This document shows positions 18,243 to 28,342 of a stretch of DNA of 64,000 nucleotides, in pieces. The stretch spans positions 1-64,000 of IMG/VR virus record IMGVR_UViG_3300042731_008413; one strand, given 5' to 3'. Below the pieces are notes generated by a model. The model was not told where the DNA came from. It saw only the letters and a list, made by a program, of their open reading frames with translations, and searched no databases. The first letter of the stretch is position 1. Each line of letters begins with the position of its first letter. This stretch comes from a virus. A program made the position numbers and the translations under genes.

Positions 18243-18789
18243 GTATCCACTGGCAGAAGATCATATCAATAAATTGGCAAAAGATGCGGTCAACTCAAGA
18301 AAACTACTTGATTTATGGTATGCTCACGAACCATATTATCGCTTTTTGTCCTATTTGGTTCGTGACTTCAACCCGGAATTCGCTATAGAATTGGGGATAG
18401 CCCGCGGGACTGGATTAGCTCACATGGCTTTAGGGTCGCTATCTACTAAGGTTATTGGCGTCGATCACGATATGCGTTTTGTGGTTGATGAGGTCAAGAG
18501 GATAAACAACGTTACCTTAGTCCAATCAGATACGATTATATGGCTCAAGAAACATAAGGATAATCAGTTTGAACGGTGTTTGTTTCATATCGATTCAGAA
18601 CATACCTCCGAGCAATCTGGGGGCGAGTTGGCCGAAGTCAAACGCATTGCTCGCAATTCAATCATTTGCCTGGATGATGTGCGATTTAGTGATGATATGA
18701 GTAATTGGTGGGATGGATTGTTGGGCAAAAAAATGGAGTTTCCAGAGTTGCATGTCAAGAGCTATGGGGTGATTTTACTTGGAGACTGA
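18232..18789 (+). CDS. class I SAM methyltransferase (Methyltransf_24-like)
   Basis: IELGIARG, VIGVD, HIDSEH, CLDD. Confidence 0.75.
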   Translation: MTPKYPLAEDHINKLAKDAVNSRKLLDLWYAHEPYYRFLSYLVRDFNPEFAIELGIARGTGLAHMALGSLSTKVIGVDHDMRFVVDEVKRINNVTLVQSDTIIWLKKHKDNQFERCLFHIDSEHTSEQSGGELAEVKRIARNSIICLDDVRFSDDMSNWWDGLLGKKMEFPELHVKSYGVILLGD

Positions 18790-19032
18790 CAGGGAAGTGC
18801 GGGCTGCTTTTTAAGGGAACTCAGGGAGTTATATGGTCCTGGTTGTCCCGAGAAATGGTGGCCGGAAACCAAGAGGCATAGTCTAAATGAATGGTTTGAT
18901 GAGACTGATATTAGAATGGAGGGTGAACGTGTGATGCACTTTGTAGCTTCGGCAGCGGGGTTGACCCCCGCTGGGATGTTTTTGGAAGACGAGGATGGGA
19001 ATAAACTGATGTTCTTTCAGGGGGTAATCTAA
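18779..19032 (+). pseudogene. small ORF split by a 1-nt frameshift in a T run (18808-18812)
   Basis: METDREVRAAF then the -1 frame gives LRELRELYGPG... ending TAA overlapping the next ATG. Confidence 0.45.
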
Positions 19033-19571
19033 TGCAACATCCAAATCAAACTATAGATTATTGGCGGAATCATATCAATGGCTTGATTATCGAGCAGTAT
19101 TGGCAATATTTATTTGGGGAAGTAGCCGATTTTGGTTGCGGGCGGGGCTTTATGTCTGCCATTCTGATCGAGCAATCGAATGTCAAAAAAGTGGTAGGCT
19201 ACGACATCTATGACAATTTCATCAACCCGCCCAAAGGGGTAACCTTTGAGGTCCAGGACTTGCGCTACATTGGCCGGCGTAAGAAATTCGATGGGGCTAT
19301 CAGCTTTCACACCCTGGAACACATCGAATCCCCCCTGGATGCGGCCAAAAAGATGCACTATTTGCTCAAGAAGAATAGTCATCTGGTTGTTAGTATTCCC
19401 TTTATGGATGCTTACGCCAACAAGGGGCACGTCAATATGTTCAACGTTGAGCAATTGCAAGAGTTGATGGAAAAGGCCGGGTTTGAAACGGTTGAGTGTT
19501 ACCATGACCAACGGGTGGATGGCTACGAAACGCAGCATAATTGTGTGACGGGGTTATTCAAGAAGGGGTAG
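19032..19571 (+). CDS. class I SAM methyltransferase
   Basis: VADFGCGRG, VVGYD, FD...SFHTLEHI. Confidence 0.85.
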   Translation: MQHPNQTIDYWRNHINGLIIEQYWQYLFGEVADFGCGRGFMSAILIEQSNVKKVVGYDIYDNFINPPKGVTFEVQDLRYIGRRKKFDGAISFHTLEHIESPLDAAKKMHYLLKKNSHLVVSIPFMDAYANKGHVNMFNVEQLQELMEKAGFETVECYHDQRVDGYETQHNCVTGLFKKG

Positions 19572-19573
19572 GG

Positions 19574-20533
19574 ATGAACATTCTTTGTGTCAGTACCGCA
19601 GCCATTACCACGCCCCCCGCCCAGGATGGCTACGGGGGAATGGAACGGGAAATGGCCTGGCTCATTCGGGGTCTGAAGGAGTTAGGTCATCACGCTGGTC
19701 TGGTGGGCAAGCCGGAATCTAAGGCGGAAGTCGATATGCTTTACGCTTCCGATGACGAAAAGAAATATCCCCAATTGGTTAGTGAAGCTATCAAAGACTA
19801 CGATATCATCATCGACTTTAGCCACGATAAGACTATTGGGCGTGAGTGGCCTGACAAACCCCAGATCAACACCTATCAAGTGATGACTATTTCTCACCGG
19901 GTCAATCCGGTTTTTATTAGCTATGGCCAGCGGCGGCACATTGGCATTGATGGCCCGGTTATCTATTATGGCATCGATTTGAATGTTTACCCCTGCTACG
20001 ATGGCCCTCGGGATGATTATCTACTTTACGTAGGGTCCCTGATTATCGAGAAGCGACCTCATTGGGTAGCTGAGTTAGCTCAATTGACTGGTCACAAGGC
20101 TGTTATTGCTGGCCCGCGCTGGCAACAGGAATATTGGCCGACTATCGACCAGTTCAGCCAGTTAGATCACGTTACGGTGTTGGATGAAGTGGCCGGCCAG
20201 GAGAAGCTGGAGCTTATTCAGCGGGCCAAGGCTCTGGTTCATCCGGTAGGGGGCAAGGGTTGGGTTGAAGCCGGGGCTATTATCGTCCTGGAAGCCCTGG
20301 CTTGCGGCACCCCGGTTATCTGCACTTCCAACGGCTGTCTGCCGGAATACATTTCTCATAACCTCAATGGTTTTATGGGGGCCAATGTCCCGGAGATGAT
20401 GATTGGGGTCAATTCGTTGTGGTCCATTCAACCGGGTCGTTGCCGGCTGAGTGTTAAGCATTTTAATTATCAAAGGATGGTCAGGGATTACGAGTCGCTG
20501 GCTACAGAAGTGATTGGAGGCAAACGATGGTAA
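19574..20533 (+). CDS. GT4 glycosyltransferase
   Basis: PP...GYGGMER, YYGID, EAGAIIVLEALACGTPVI. Confidence 0.85.
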   Translation: MNILCVSTAAITTPPAQDGYGGMEREMAWLIRGLKELGHHAGLVGKPESKAEVDMLYASDDEKKYPQLVSEAIKDYDIIIDFSHDKTIGREWPDKPQINTYQVMTISHRVNPVFISYGQRRHIGIDGPVIYYGIDLNVYPCYDGPRDDYLLYVGSLIIEKRPHWVAELAQLTGHKAVIAGPRWQQEYWPTIDQFSQLDHVTVLDEVAGQEKLELIQRAKALVHPVGGKGWVEAGAIIVLEALACGTPVICTSNGCLPEYISHNLNGFMGANVPEMMIGVNSLWSIQPGRCRLSVKHFNYQRMVRDYESLATEVIGGKRW

Positions 20534-20859
20534 GTGACAAAGATTTGCAAAAGAACGAAGTTGAAGAGATGGTGGAATTGCCGGACATTCCCGATCCCAA
20601 GCCAGGGCCAAAGACTACTGAGTTTTATCTGACCCTGCTTTCCTACGTTCTGGCGGCGCTGGTGTTGTATGGAGTGGTCACAGCGGCGGAGGCTCAGGCC
20701 ATTCTGGACAACCTCAACACCTTTATCGGAGCAACAACAGGGCTGATTGTGGCCCTGGGACCGGTGGCTTCAACGGTGATGTATATCTACTCCCGGACTA
20801 AAGTCAAGTCCGGCACTACCGAGGCCAAGGCCAAGCTGTTTGATTCGATGCTTAAATGA
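20527..20859 (+). CDS. holin-like two-TM protein
   Basis: KPG.KTTEF motif, two TM helices, YIYSR..VK. Confidence 0.5.
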   Translation: MVSDKDLQKNEVEEMVELPDIPDPKPGPKTTEFYLTLLSYVLAALVLYGVVTAAEAQAILDNLNTFIGATTGLIVALGPVASTVMYIYSRTKVKSGTTEAKAKLFDSMLK

Positions 20860-21554
20860 TCGTTATCGTCCCATCCTACAATGACCGCCCCTTTATGGAG
20901 CGGTTGTTGGAGTCGCTTTACACTGAACCTCCAGGAGCTTCGTTTCGAGTCCTGGTGGTCAGCGACTTTTCCAACGATGGCACCGAGGAATGGCTTTCTA
21001 GCCTGAAGGGTGTCGATGTTATTCGCCCCGACCAGAAAGCCTACTTCACCCGCGCCTGTAACTTGGGGCTAGAGTGGGGGTTGCGCTACACCGACGAGGA
21101 GTGGTTATTCCTGCTTAATTCGGACACCATCGTTACCCCGGATTGGTGTGGGGCGTTACAGGCTACCGGCAAAAAACTAAAAGCGGGCATTGTGGGGGCT
21201 ACCCTGTTGAATATGGATGGCACTATTCAACATCTGGGGGCTTATGGGGTGGGGTACCATTTCAACATTAATAAGCATTGGGTGCGCTACCGACAAGACA
21301 GGCTGGTACCGTGGGTGACCGGGGCGGCGATGTGTATAAACCGAAGCGTTCTTAAAAGAACTGGGACTTTACCCCCCTATGCTTACAAGCAATATGACGA
21401 TTCTGATCGGCGGTTTTGTTGGGAAGCTAGAATTAAGTATGGAGTGGAAGTTGCAGTTTCGGTGGGGTGTCAGATTTATCACGATACTCATGAGGCCCGA
21501 TCCATCAGAATGAGTCGAGGGGATTACACCCGGAGGGATATAGCCGATGGCTAA
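20856..21554 (+). CDS. GT2 glycosyltransferase
   Basis: IVPSYN, SNDGT, ACNLGL, LLNSDT, VTGAAM. Confidence 0.85.
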   Translation: MIVIVPSYNDRPFMERLLESLYTEPPGASFRVLVVSDFSNDGTEEWLSSLKGVDVIRPDQKAYFTRACNLGLEWGLRYTDEEWLFLLNSDTIVTPDWCGALQATGKKLKAGIVGATLLNMDGTIQHLGAYGVGYHFNINKHWVRYRQDRLVPWVTGAAMCINRSVLKRTGTLPPYAYKQYDDSDRRFCWEARIKYGVEVAVSVGCQIYHDTHEARSIRMSRGDYTRRDIADG

Positions 21555-22038
21555 TATAGATTTGGTGCCGGAGTTTTGGAAAGAGGCGTCTGTGTCTACC
21601 AGGATAATGGCTTCAAAAAAAGGGGCTGTAGCAGCCTTTGCTGAGTGGCTTGACAAAACCCCCCCTCAGCAAAATCGTCTGACTCCCAGAACAACCAATT
21701 TGTCATACTTGTTTTCTCGCTATGGACATATTCTTACTTACGAAGGTATTTCCAGGGTGGGTGACAACGGGTTGCACCATTTCAAGATTGTTATTGATGC
21801 CCGACCTTGGGACGAAAGCGATAAATCCGGCTTGGGATTAGATTCCGTATTTATTGCGAATCAGTTCGGGTTAGCCGGGCTACATATCAACGATATATCT
21901 TTTTCAAAAGGGCGACATGACTTTGAATTGGATTTGCGATGTTATGGCGAGTTCAAAGGGATCAATTGCCCTAAGCCAGAAATATTACTTGACGAATGTG
22001 GTTGGGCGCAAGTTGGGCCAACAATAGCGATCTTATGA
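21547..22038 (+). CDS. hypothetical protein
   Basis: GGAGG RBS, coupled ORF. Confidence 0.55.
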   Translation: MANIDLVPEFWKEASVSTRIMASKKGAVAAFAEWLDKTPPQQNRLTPRTTNLSYLFSRYGHILTYEGISRVGDNGLHHFKIVIDARPWDESDKSGLGLDSVFIANQFGLAGLHINDISFSKGRHDFELDLRCYGEFKGINCPKPEILLDECGWAQVGPTIAIL

Positions 22039-22736
22039 CAGAAACAATCCTGTTTCTCCATATCCCCAAAACCGGCGGCACCAGCCTGATCCAGATTATG
22101 GAATGGCAGTACGGGCAAATTTCCAAAAGCCCTGATGCTGACTTTTTAGACCTATCGGAGTGGCAACGGTTCAGCGGTAGATTCGATAAACAGGCCGCTG
22201 CCGGACATATCCCTTATGGCACCCACGAAATCTTCCGGGATTGCCGGTATATCACTATCCTGAGACATCCGGTAGACAGGATCGTTAGCCTCTATCATTA
22301 TATCAATCAACTGGCGGGTGGGGCTGTTGATTTCTGGAAGAATCTAGGTGTCACACAAAAGATGACTTTACTGGACTTTGTGAATTTACCGATAGCCAAT
22401 TTGCGGAATGGGATGTGCCGCCAGCTAGTTGGTAAGCCATTCTATTTTGAACCAACAGACGGTTGGGGGATGACCCCTCATTATTATCGCAAGGCCAAAA
22501 GTAATTTGAAGCCAATGCAAATCGGCATTACTGAGCAATTCCATAAAACAATTCGTAAGTTCGAGATGGAATTTGGTTGGAAAGTGGTTGATATTCCCCA
22601 TCTGAATAAGGTTGATTATCCTCGTTTTGATATGTCTTCCGAAGCGATGTTTGAGGTCTACGAAGCCATCAAACGACATAATGAGTATGACATCTTATTG
22701 TACCATGCGGCTGTAGATTGGAGTGGCTTGCGATGA
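22035..22736 (+). CDS. sulfotransferase family 2 protein (second copy)
   Basis: FLHIPKTGGTS, LRHPVDRIVS, NEYDILLY. Confidence 0.85.
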   Translation: MTETILFLHIPKTGGTSLIQIMEWQYGQISKSPDADFLDLSEWQRFSGRFDKQAAAGHIPYGTHEIFRDCRYITILRHPVDRIVSLYHYINQLAGGAVDFWKNLGVTQKMTLLDFVNLPIANLRNGMCRQLVGKPFYFEPTDGWGMTPHYYRKAKSNLKPMQIGITEQFHKTIRKFEMEFGWKVVDIPHLNKVDYPRFDMSSEAMFEVYEAIKRHNEYDILLYHAAVDWSGLR

Positions 22737-23752
22737 CCAGATTAGCAATGGTGCGCGATCAACATCTCAACGTCTGGGACATTGGCAACTATTACGGTGT
22801 AATAAACCACGGCATCGAGCTTCTGGTTTGTGGTATGTCTCAGGCCGATTGGGATAGCATTATGGAATATTATCCCCAGGCCAAGTTCCTGAATTACAGC
22901 CATATCTCCGAGGTATTCGAGCAAGAGCCGGATGTAATCGATGTCCCAGATCCTTTCTATCCCTTCTCTCAATACTTTACCGAACGGTTTAAGCGAACGG
23001 TAGTAGTTGGTTGGGAGAATCTACCGGGCAAGACGTTGTTTAGCCGGGGAGCGCAACGATGCCTGGAACAAGCCTGGAAATGCACCGCTCGCAGCCCGAT
23101 GGCTCGCCACGAATTGAAATTCAACGGGGTGCCGAATAGCAAGATAAAGGTCATCCCAGGGGCAGTAGATACCGATTTCTTTAAGCCTGACATACCGGTT
23201 GAGAAACGCCGGCGAGCAGTGTTGTTTGTGGGGCGAGTGACCCAGGAAAAGGGCTTTCTGGACATCTTATGGGCATTGCACCAATCTGGTATCCCTCTGT
23301 GGGTAGCCGGAGCATCTGAACCACCTTTGCAGTACCAAAAATGGTTAGAGCAACTTGATGTTGAAATCGAATGGCTTGGTTTCCTGAATCGCACCGAATT
23401 ACGAGACCTCTACCAACGAGCGGGGGTGTTGTGTGTTCCATCGATTCCGTTGGTCAACGACACCGACCCGTTTGCTCAATGGTCCGAACAGTTCGGACAG
23501 GTCTTTATCGAGGCAATGGCTTGTGGTTGTCCCATTGTTTCGACCAATAGCGGGGCTATTCCCTGGGTGGTCAAGGGAAGCAACCATTTGGTCGATCCCA
23601 GGGATTGGCCAATGCTTCTGGGGGAGATCAAGGCGTTGCTGGATAACCCGGATTTACGAATGTCGGCTTCGATTCTGGGGCGGCAATTCGCGGTTGAGTT
23701 TTACGATCAGAAAGTGATAGGCCAACGGATTAAGGAGTGGTACGAACTGTGA
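22733..23752 (+). CDS. GT4 glycosyltransferase
   Basis: VDTDFFKP, FVGRV..EKG, EQFGQVFIEAMACG. Confidence 0.85.
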   Translation: MTRLAMVRDQHLNVWDIGNYYGVINHGIELLVCGMSQADWDSIMEYYPQAKFLNYSHISEVFEQEPDVIDVPDPFYPFSQYFTERFKRTVVVGWENLPGKTLFSRGAQRCLEQAWKCTARSPMARHELKFNGVPNSKIKVIPGAVDTDFFKPDIPVEKRRRAVLFVGRVTQEKGFLDILWALHQSGIPLWVAGASEPPLQYQKWLEQLDVEIEWLGFLNRTELRDLYQRAGVLCVPSIPLVNDTDPFAQWSEQFGQVFIEAMACGCPIVSTNSGAIPWVVKGSNHLVDPRDWPMLLGEIKALLDNPDLRMSASILGRQFAVEFYDQKVIGQRIKEWYEL

Positions 23753-24018
23753 AGGACGCAGATGGAAAAAGCATTGATAATAATTGGATTGTTGATGCCA
23801 TCTTAACCCATAGGCTTGTCGTCAGGCCATCGCTTTTGGGTCGCCAATGGATTGTAGGGCAATTCAAAGGTGTTACCGGAGATGGCAAGGTTTATTGTGT
23901 CCTGGAAACAGTTTGTGAGGGCATTTCTTTGTGGGATGCCGTTTATTTATCTGTAACAAAAATCAAAGAATTGCAGGAAAAGAATGAAAATATGTTGCTC
24001 GATGATTTGTCTCAATGA
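23737..24018 (+). CDS. hypothetical protein
   Basis: Coupled ORF; start uncertain (23737 or 23749). Confidence 0.45.
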   Translation: MVRTVKDADGKSIDNNWIVDAILTHRLVVRPSLLGRQWIVGQFKGVTGDGKVYCVLETVCEGISLWDAVYLSVTKIKELQEKNENMLLDDLSQ

Positions 24019-24700
24019 AGAAGATTACATTCAGGGGGCTATCGCTTCCATTGCCCCCTTTACCGACAAACTGGTAATAGTCGATGGGGGATCGACCGAC
24101 AACACCCAACGGGCTATTGCCGAAGTTTGCAAAGACCTCGATCTGGATTATCGATTAGACCAACACAAGTGGACCAACGATTTTGCCAAGCAGCGGCAAT
24201 ATGCGTTGGATTTGGTGCCGGAGCATTTCGACTGGTGGTTTCGGATCGACGCCGATGAACAATGGGGACAACTCATTCGAGACAATTTCAAAGACATCCT
24301 GGCCTGCCTCCCAGAAGAATGTCAGGCGATCAAGATCAAGCAGGTCAACCTGGTGGATGTAGACCAGGCAGAGCAACGATTCCTGTATTCCGCTTCCAGG
24401 GGTGGGTGGGAATCACACCCGAGAATTTTTAGAAATATCAGACTCCCGGACGGTAACCCAGCCTGGCGCTGGCAGGGGCAGGTTCACGAATATTGTCAAC
24501 TGCTTACCCGGCAGGGGTTGCAGTGGCCTGACCCTATTGCTTGCTGGAACGTCAATTCGGTTCACTTTGGCTGGTTGGTCAACAGCCGGCGAGAAGACCG
24601 GGAAGAACTTTACGAGCAAATACCGGGGTCAGGGTTCGTCAAGGGTAGTCTGACAGAACGCACTCATGTAGTCAGAGAAATGTGGCAGGGGCTTATCTAA
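23984..24700 (+). CDS. GT2 glycosyltransferase
   Basis: NEE, IVDGGSTD, DFAKQR, IDADE, W.GQVHE, HFG. Confidence 0.85.
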   Translation: MKICCSMICLNEEDYIQGAIASIAPFTDKLVIVDGGSTDNTQRAIAEVCKDLDLDYRLDQHKWTNDFAKQRQYALDLVPEHFDWWFRIDADEQWGQLIRDNFKDILACLPEECQAIKIKQVNLVDVDQAEQRFLYSASRGGWESHPRIFRNIRLPDGNPAWRWQGQVHEYCQLLTRQGLQWPDPIACWNVNSVHFGWLVNSRREDREELYEQIPGSGFVKGSLTERTHVVREMWQGLI

Positions 24701-27700
24701 ATGGACATTGCTGTTTTTGCACATCACGTTGGGTCTCAGGGTCTTAAGCCATCAGGACAGTATGGCGGTGGGGAACTTTTGACGTTTGGTTGGCTGTCGG
24801 CCTTGCAAAAGTATTACAATGTAATGACCGTAGTGCCGAATGGGGTCTACCCAGCTTTCGATTCGGCCTACGAATACGGCATTGACCTGTCAGGTATCGA
24901 CTGGCGACCAGTGGGGGATACAGCCGACTGGATTCGGAAATATGATTGCCTGATAAACATCAGCCACAGTAGCTATATGCCCCCTATCTGCCAGCGCAAT
25001 ATTATGGTGACGATGTTCCCCCAACAGCCGGATTGGGATACGTCCGGCTACGATACTATTTGCGCTATCAGTCAATTTTCGGCGGACTGGATCAAGCGAT
25101 ATTGGGGTCGTGAAGCCAAAGTGGTTTATCCCCTTCTACCGGTGCAAGATACCATCGACAGAATCGAGCAAGCCGGCTACGAGAAGCAAAACAACATTGT
25201 AGCCATTGGCCGATTCTTTAACGTGCCGTGGGGTAATAACAAGAGTCACAGTACGTTGATCTCGGCTTTTCAGGGGATGTATAAAGGTGATTGGGCCTTG
25301 ACGTTTGTAGGGTCGGTCCAGGATCAGAAATATCTTCAAGAAGTCAAGCAAGCGGCCAATGGTGACCAGCGCATAAAGTTTTTTCGCGATCTCAAGCGGG
25401 AGCAATATCTGGAACTGTTGGGTAAGTCCAGGTTTTTGTGGCACGCGGCAGGATATGAAGCCACCAAACCATCTTCAATGGAGCATTTCGGGATTATTGC
25501 GGTAGAAGCTCAAGCCGCGGGCACCCAGCCATTTGTATTCAATGGAGGTGGTATTGTTGAGATACCTGGGGTTATTCCCTGGGACACTCCGGCCCAACTG
25601 AGTGAATACACCGTGGTTGAAATCGAAAAGCCAACCCCCAACCCGATGCAAGAAAATGCCCTGACTTTTGACATCGAACGTAATACCGAACGGCTTTTGG
25701 AAATTATCGAGGACCCTCAAGTGGTTGTTGTTCCCAAACCTGAGCAAGCCAAGATTTATGTGGGTGACCCCCATCCCAATGACATCAAAGTAGGGGTGAT
25801 TTCAGATGATCCCAACATCACCACTGGCTTTGGGGCGGTTAGTCGAGCAGTTGTTAAGGGACTGATTAAGCGGGGTTTTCGGGTGGCTGCAATGGGTATC
25901 CAGAACCCCATCGTCGGCAAGACCAAATTGGTACCAGAAGACATCAGACGAATCTTCGGAGAAGTAGTCAATAATCCCCAACTCCCCACAGCCAAAATGA
26001 TGACTCGGGTGTTCGAGGAGAAGTTATCTGAACTGGAATTGTGTACCACCTGGCGGGGCTGTTCCCACGATCCCTCCGGGTTTGATATGATCGAGCAGTT
26101 CCTTAAAATCGAGAAGCCGGACGTGCTTTATATCAATTACGACCCCGGCAACATTCGTAACATCCTGAATGGTATCCAGGATGCCCATGTTGACATCCCT
26201 ATCGTGGCTTATGTCCCCATCGAGGGTAGCCCGGTCATCCCCCAATACATCGAGATGTTACGAACCATTAAGGTGATGAATGGGGAGCCGATTGTCTATA
26301 CCTATGCCGGGCAGAGGGCGGTAATGGAGGCTGGTGGACCAAAATGCAGGGTAGCTCATCACGGTTGTTTTTCTGGTGATACACTAATTACTTTAAGTGA
26401 TGGATCGAAAAAACGCATAGATCGCATTGTGGCAGATAAAGATCATAGTGTTTTGGGGACACATAATGGCAACCCGGTTATTTCTTGTGTTTATGATTGG
26501 ATGACTATCCCAATGATGGATAGTCATATATTAAAAATAACTTTTGACACCGGCGATACATTAAGAGTTACGCGAGATAACCTAGTTTTTACCCAAGATG
26601 GATGGATTAAAGCAAATGATTTGGTGGTCGGTAGTAGGTGTGGTATAATCAATACTAGTACACCACACGCAAATGGAGACTATGATGCCAAATCAAAAAA
26701 TATGGACCAAAGACGAGGAGAGTTGGTTGAAGGCCAATTATCCTACAATGACTCAAACCGATTTGAAAAAGTCATTGGGGAGAACTTGGCCCTCAATAAA
26801 AAGAAAGGCGCAAAGACTGGGCTTATACAGGGAAATAAAAAATCATCACAGAAGATGGACCAAAAAAGACTTGGATTGGCTCAAGTGGAATTACCCTTAT
26901 CTGGATCAAGAAAAGATAGAATCTCACTTAGGGCGAAAATGGAGAGCAATTCAAATAGCAGCCAGGAAAATGGGGGTAGCCAGAACAAACTCCGCCGTGT
27001 ATCAAAAGTCAATAGATCAAAGGCCAAAACTAACATCGGAAGATTGGGCTTATTTGGCTGGAATAATCGATGGAGAAGGTCATTTGACGTTATCAAAAAG
27101 CAATCGAAAAAGTGGTTTTGTTTTGTCTCCAAAGATAGGGGTGGCAAATCAAAGCAAGGCTTTGATGGATTGGATAGTTTTGTCTCTTCCTGTTTATGTT
27201 CATTGCGACAATGGTGTAGAATCTGGGTGGGGGTGGTGTTACCGAGCGCAGATAATTGGGTTCAAGGTAATTCATGTATTAAATGGTATTCTTCCATATA
27301 TGAAAATAAAAAAAGAAAGATGCAAGATTCTGATTTCTTTTTGCGAAAGAAGAATGGCTTTGGGGAATCAGGAACCGTATTCAGAACAAGATTTAGAGGA
27401 TTACCAGAAGATGAAAAAACTAAACTCAAAAAAGGCTTTTCGGTCTCTTGGGGAGTGATAACAAATATCGAATTGGATCACGAATCGATAGTCTACGATC
27501 TGAAAACTAGTACAAGTAATTTTGTTGCAAATAATATTGTTGTTCACAATTGCGATCACGCCCCGTTCAGGATGCTTGACCCGGAAACCCGCAAGCAGTT
27601 AAAAATCGCTTGTGGGTGGGGCAATAAAAAGGTAATGATGTTTGTGGGGCGCAATAAGCGTACCAAGGGTTTTGGAACACTCCTTAAAACGGCCAGAATC

Positions 27701-28342
27701 CTCAAGGATATGGGCCGGGATGACATCGTGTGGTATCTCCATACCTGGGTCTGGGACCAGATGCCCAACTCCTCGATGCCCCTGGATCAATGGGCAAAGC
27801 AGTATGGGATAGCTGATCGAGTAATGTTTCCCGAAATTCAACACCAGGTCTACGGCATCCCCTATGATGAGCCAGCCACCCACCCCCACATCGATGAGAA
27901 CGAATTGGCCCAGATGAGTGAGCAAGACGCGGCCAGGAAACTGGCCAGGATTGCCTTTAACTCTCTGTCGCTTATCGAGCGATATGGTATAGCTACCGCG
28001 TTTATCAACGCTTCTGAAGTTGAGGGGCATGGCTTGACATACTTGGAAGCAATGGGTTGCGGGGTGCCGGTAATCAGCGTCGATGACCAGGGAGTTCAGC
28101 AGGAGGTCATCGGGGACGCGGCCCTGTATGTTCCGGTCAAACATTGGGATGATTTTCATACCGGAGCAAGATTGGCTCAGGGTGATCCCCAGGACTTTGC
28201 CAGGGCTATCATCGACCTGGTTGATAACCAGGATTTGTATAACGAAATGCAACAGAAGGCTCTGGAACGGTATCAACAGTTTAAGTGGGATAAGACGATT
28301 GATATTATCGCCAAAGCTATCATTGAAAGGTACGTGGTATGA
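24701..28342 (+). CDS. tandem GT4-GT4 glycosyltransferase containing an intein
   Basis: EHFGIIAVEA (first GT-B), TGFG..., FVGRN..KG, EGHGLTYLEAMGCG (second GT-B). Confidence 0.85.
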   Translation: MDIAVFAHHVGSQGLKPSGQYGGGELLTFGWLSALQKYYNVMTVVPNGVYPAFDSAYEYGIDLSGIDWRPVGDTADWIRKYDCLINISHSSYMPPICQRNIMVTMFPQQPDWDTSGYDTICAISQFSADWIKRYWGREAKVVYPLLPVQDTIDRIEQAGYEKQNNIVAIGRFFNVPWGNNKSHSTLISAFQGMYKGDWALTFVGSVQDQKYLQEVKQAANGDQRIKFFRDLKREQYLELLGKSRFLWHAAGYEATKPSSMEHFGIIAVEAQAAGTQPFVFNGGGIVEIPGVIPWDTPAQLSEYTVVEIEKPTPNPMQENALTFDIERNTERLLEIIEDPQVVVVPKPEQAKIYVGDPHPNDIKVGVISDDPNITTGFGAVSRAVVKGLIKRGFRVAAMGIQNPIVGKTKLVPEDIRRIFGEVVNNPQLPTAKMMTRVFEEKLSELELCTTWRGCSHDPSGFDMIEQFLKIEKPDVLYINYDPGNIRNILNGIQDAHVDIPIVAYVPIEGSPVIPQYIEMLRTIKVMNGEPIVYTYAGQRAVMEAGGPKCRVAHHGCFSGDTLITLSDGSKKRIDRIVADKDHSVLGTHNGNPVISCVYDWMTIPMMDSHILKITFDTGDTLRVTRDNLVFTQDGWIKANDLVVGSRCGIINTSTPHANGDYDAKSKNMDQRRGELVEGQLSYNDSNRFEKVIGENLALNKKKGAKTGLIQGNKKSSQKMDQKRLGLAQVELPLSGSRKDRISLRAKMESNSNSSQENGGSQNKLRRVSKVNRSKAKTNIGRLGLFGWNNRWRRSFDVIKKQSKKWFCFVSKDRGGKSKQGFDGLDSFVSSCLCSLRQWCRIWVGVVLPSADNWVQGNSCIKWYSSIYENKKRKMQDSDFFLRKKNGFGESGTVFRTRFRGLPEDEKTKLKKGFSVSWGVITNIELDHESIVYDLKTSTSNFVANNIVVHNCDHAPFRMLDPETRKQLKIACGWGNKKVMMFVGRNKRTKGFGTLLKTARILKDMGRDDIVWYLHTWVWDQMPNSSMPLDQWAKQYGIADRVMFPEIQHQVYGIPYDEPATHPHIDENELAQMSEQDAARKLARIAFNSLSLIERYGIATAFINASEVEGHGLTYLEAMGCGVPVISVDDQGVQQEVIGDAALYVPVKHWDDFHTGARLAQGDPQDFARAIIDLVDNQDLYNEMQQKALERYQQFKWDKTIDIIAKAIIERYVV
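26366..27550 (+). mobile_element. intein (395 aa, residues 556-950)
   Basis: HHG|CFSGDTLI block A; VYDL...NFVANNIVVHN|C blocks F/G with Cys+1; visibly more AT-rich than the flanks. Confidence 0.9.
26673..27458 (+). CDS. LAGLIDADG homing endonuclease with N-terminal Myb-like repeats, in an alternate frame inside the intein
   Basis: WAYLAGIIDGEG; two WT..E/D...L..NYP repeats; GGAGA RBS favours start 26682/26685; TGgTATAAT at 26641-26649. Confidence 0.85.
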   Translation: METMMPNQKIWTKDEESWLKANYPTMTQTDLKKSLGRTWPSIKRKAQRLGLYREIKNHHRRWTKKDLDWLKWNYPYLDQEKIESHLGRKWRAIQIAARKMGVARTNSAVYQKSIDQRPKLTSEDWAYLAGIIDGEGHLTLSKSNRKSGFVLSPKIGVANQSKALMDWIVLSLPVYVHCDNGVESGWGWCYRAQIIGFKVIHVLNGILPYMKIKKERCKILISFCERRMALGNQEPYSEQDLEDYQKMKKLNSKKAFRSLGE

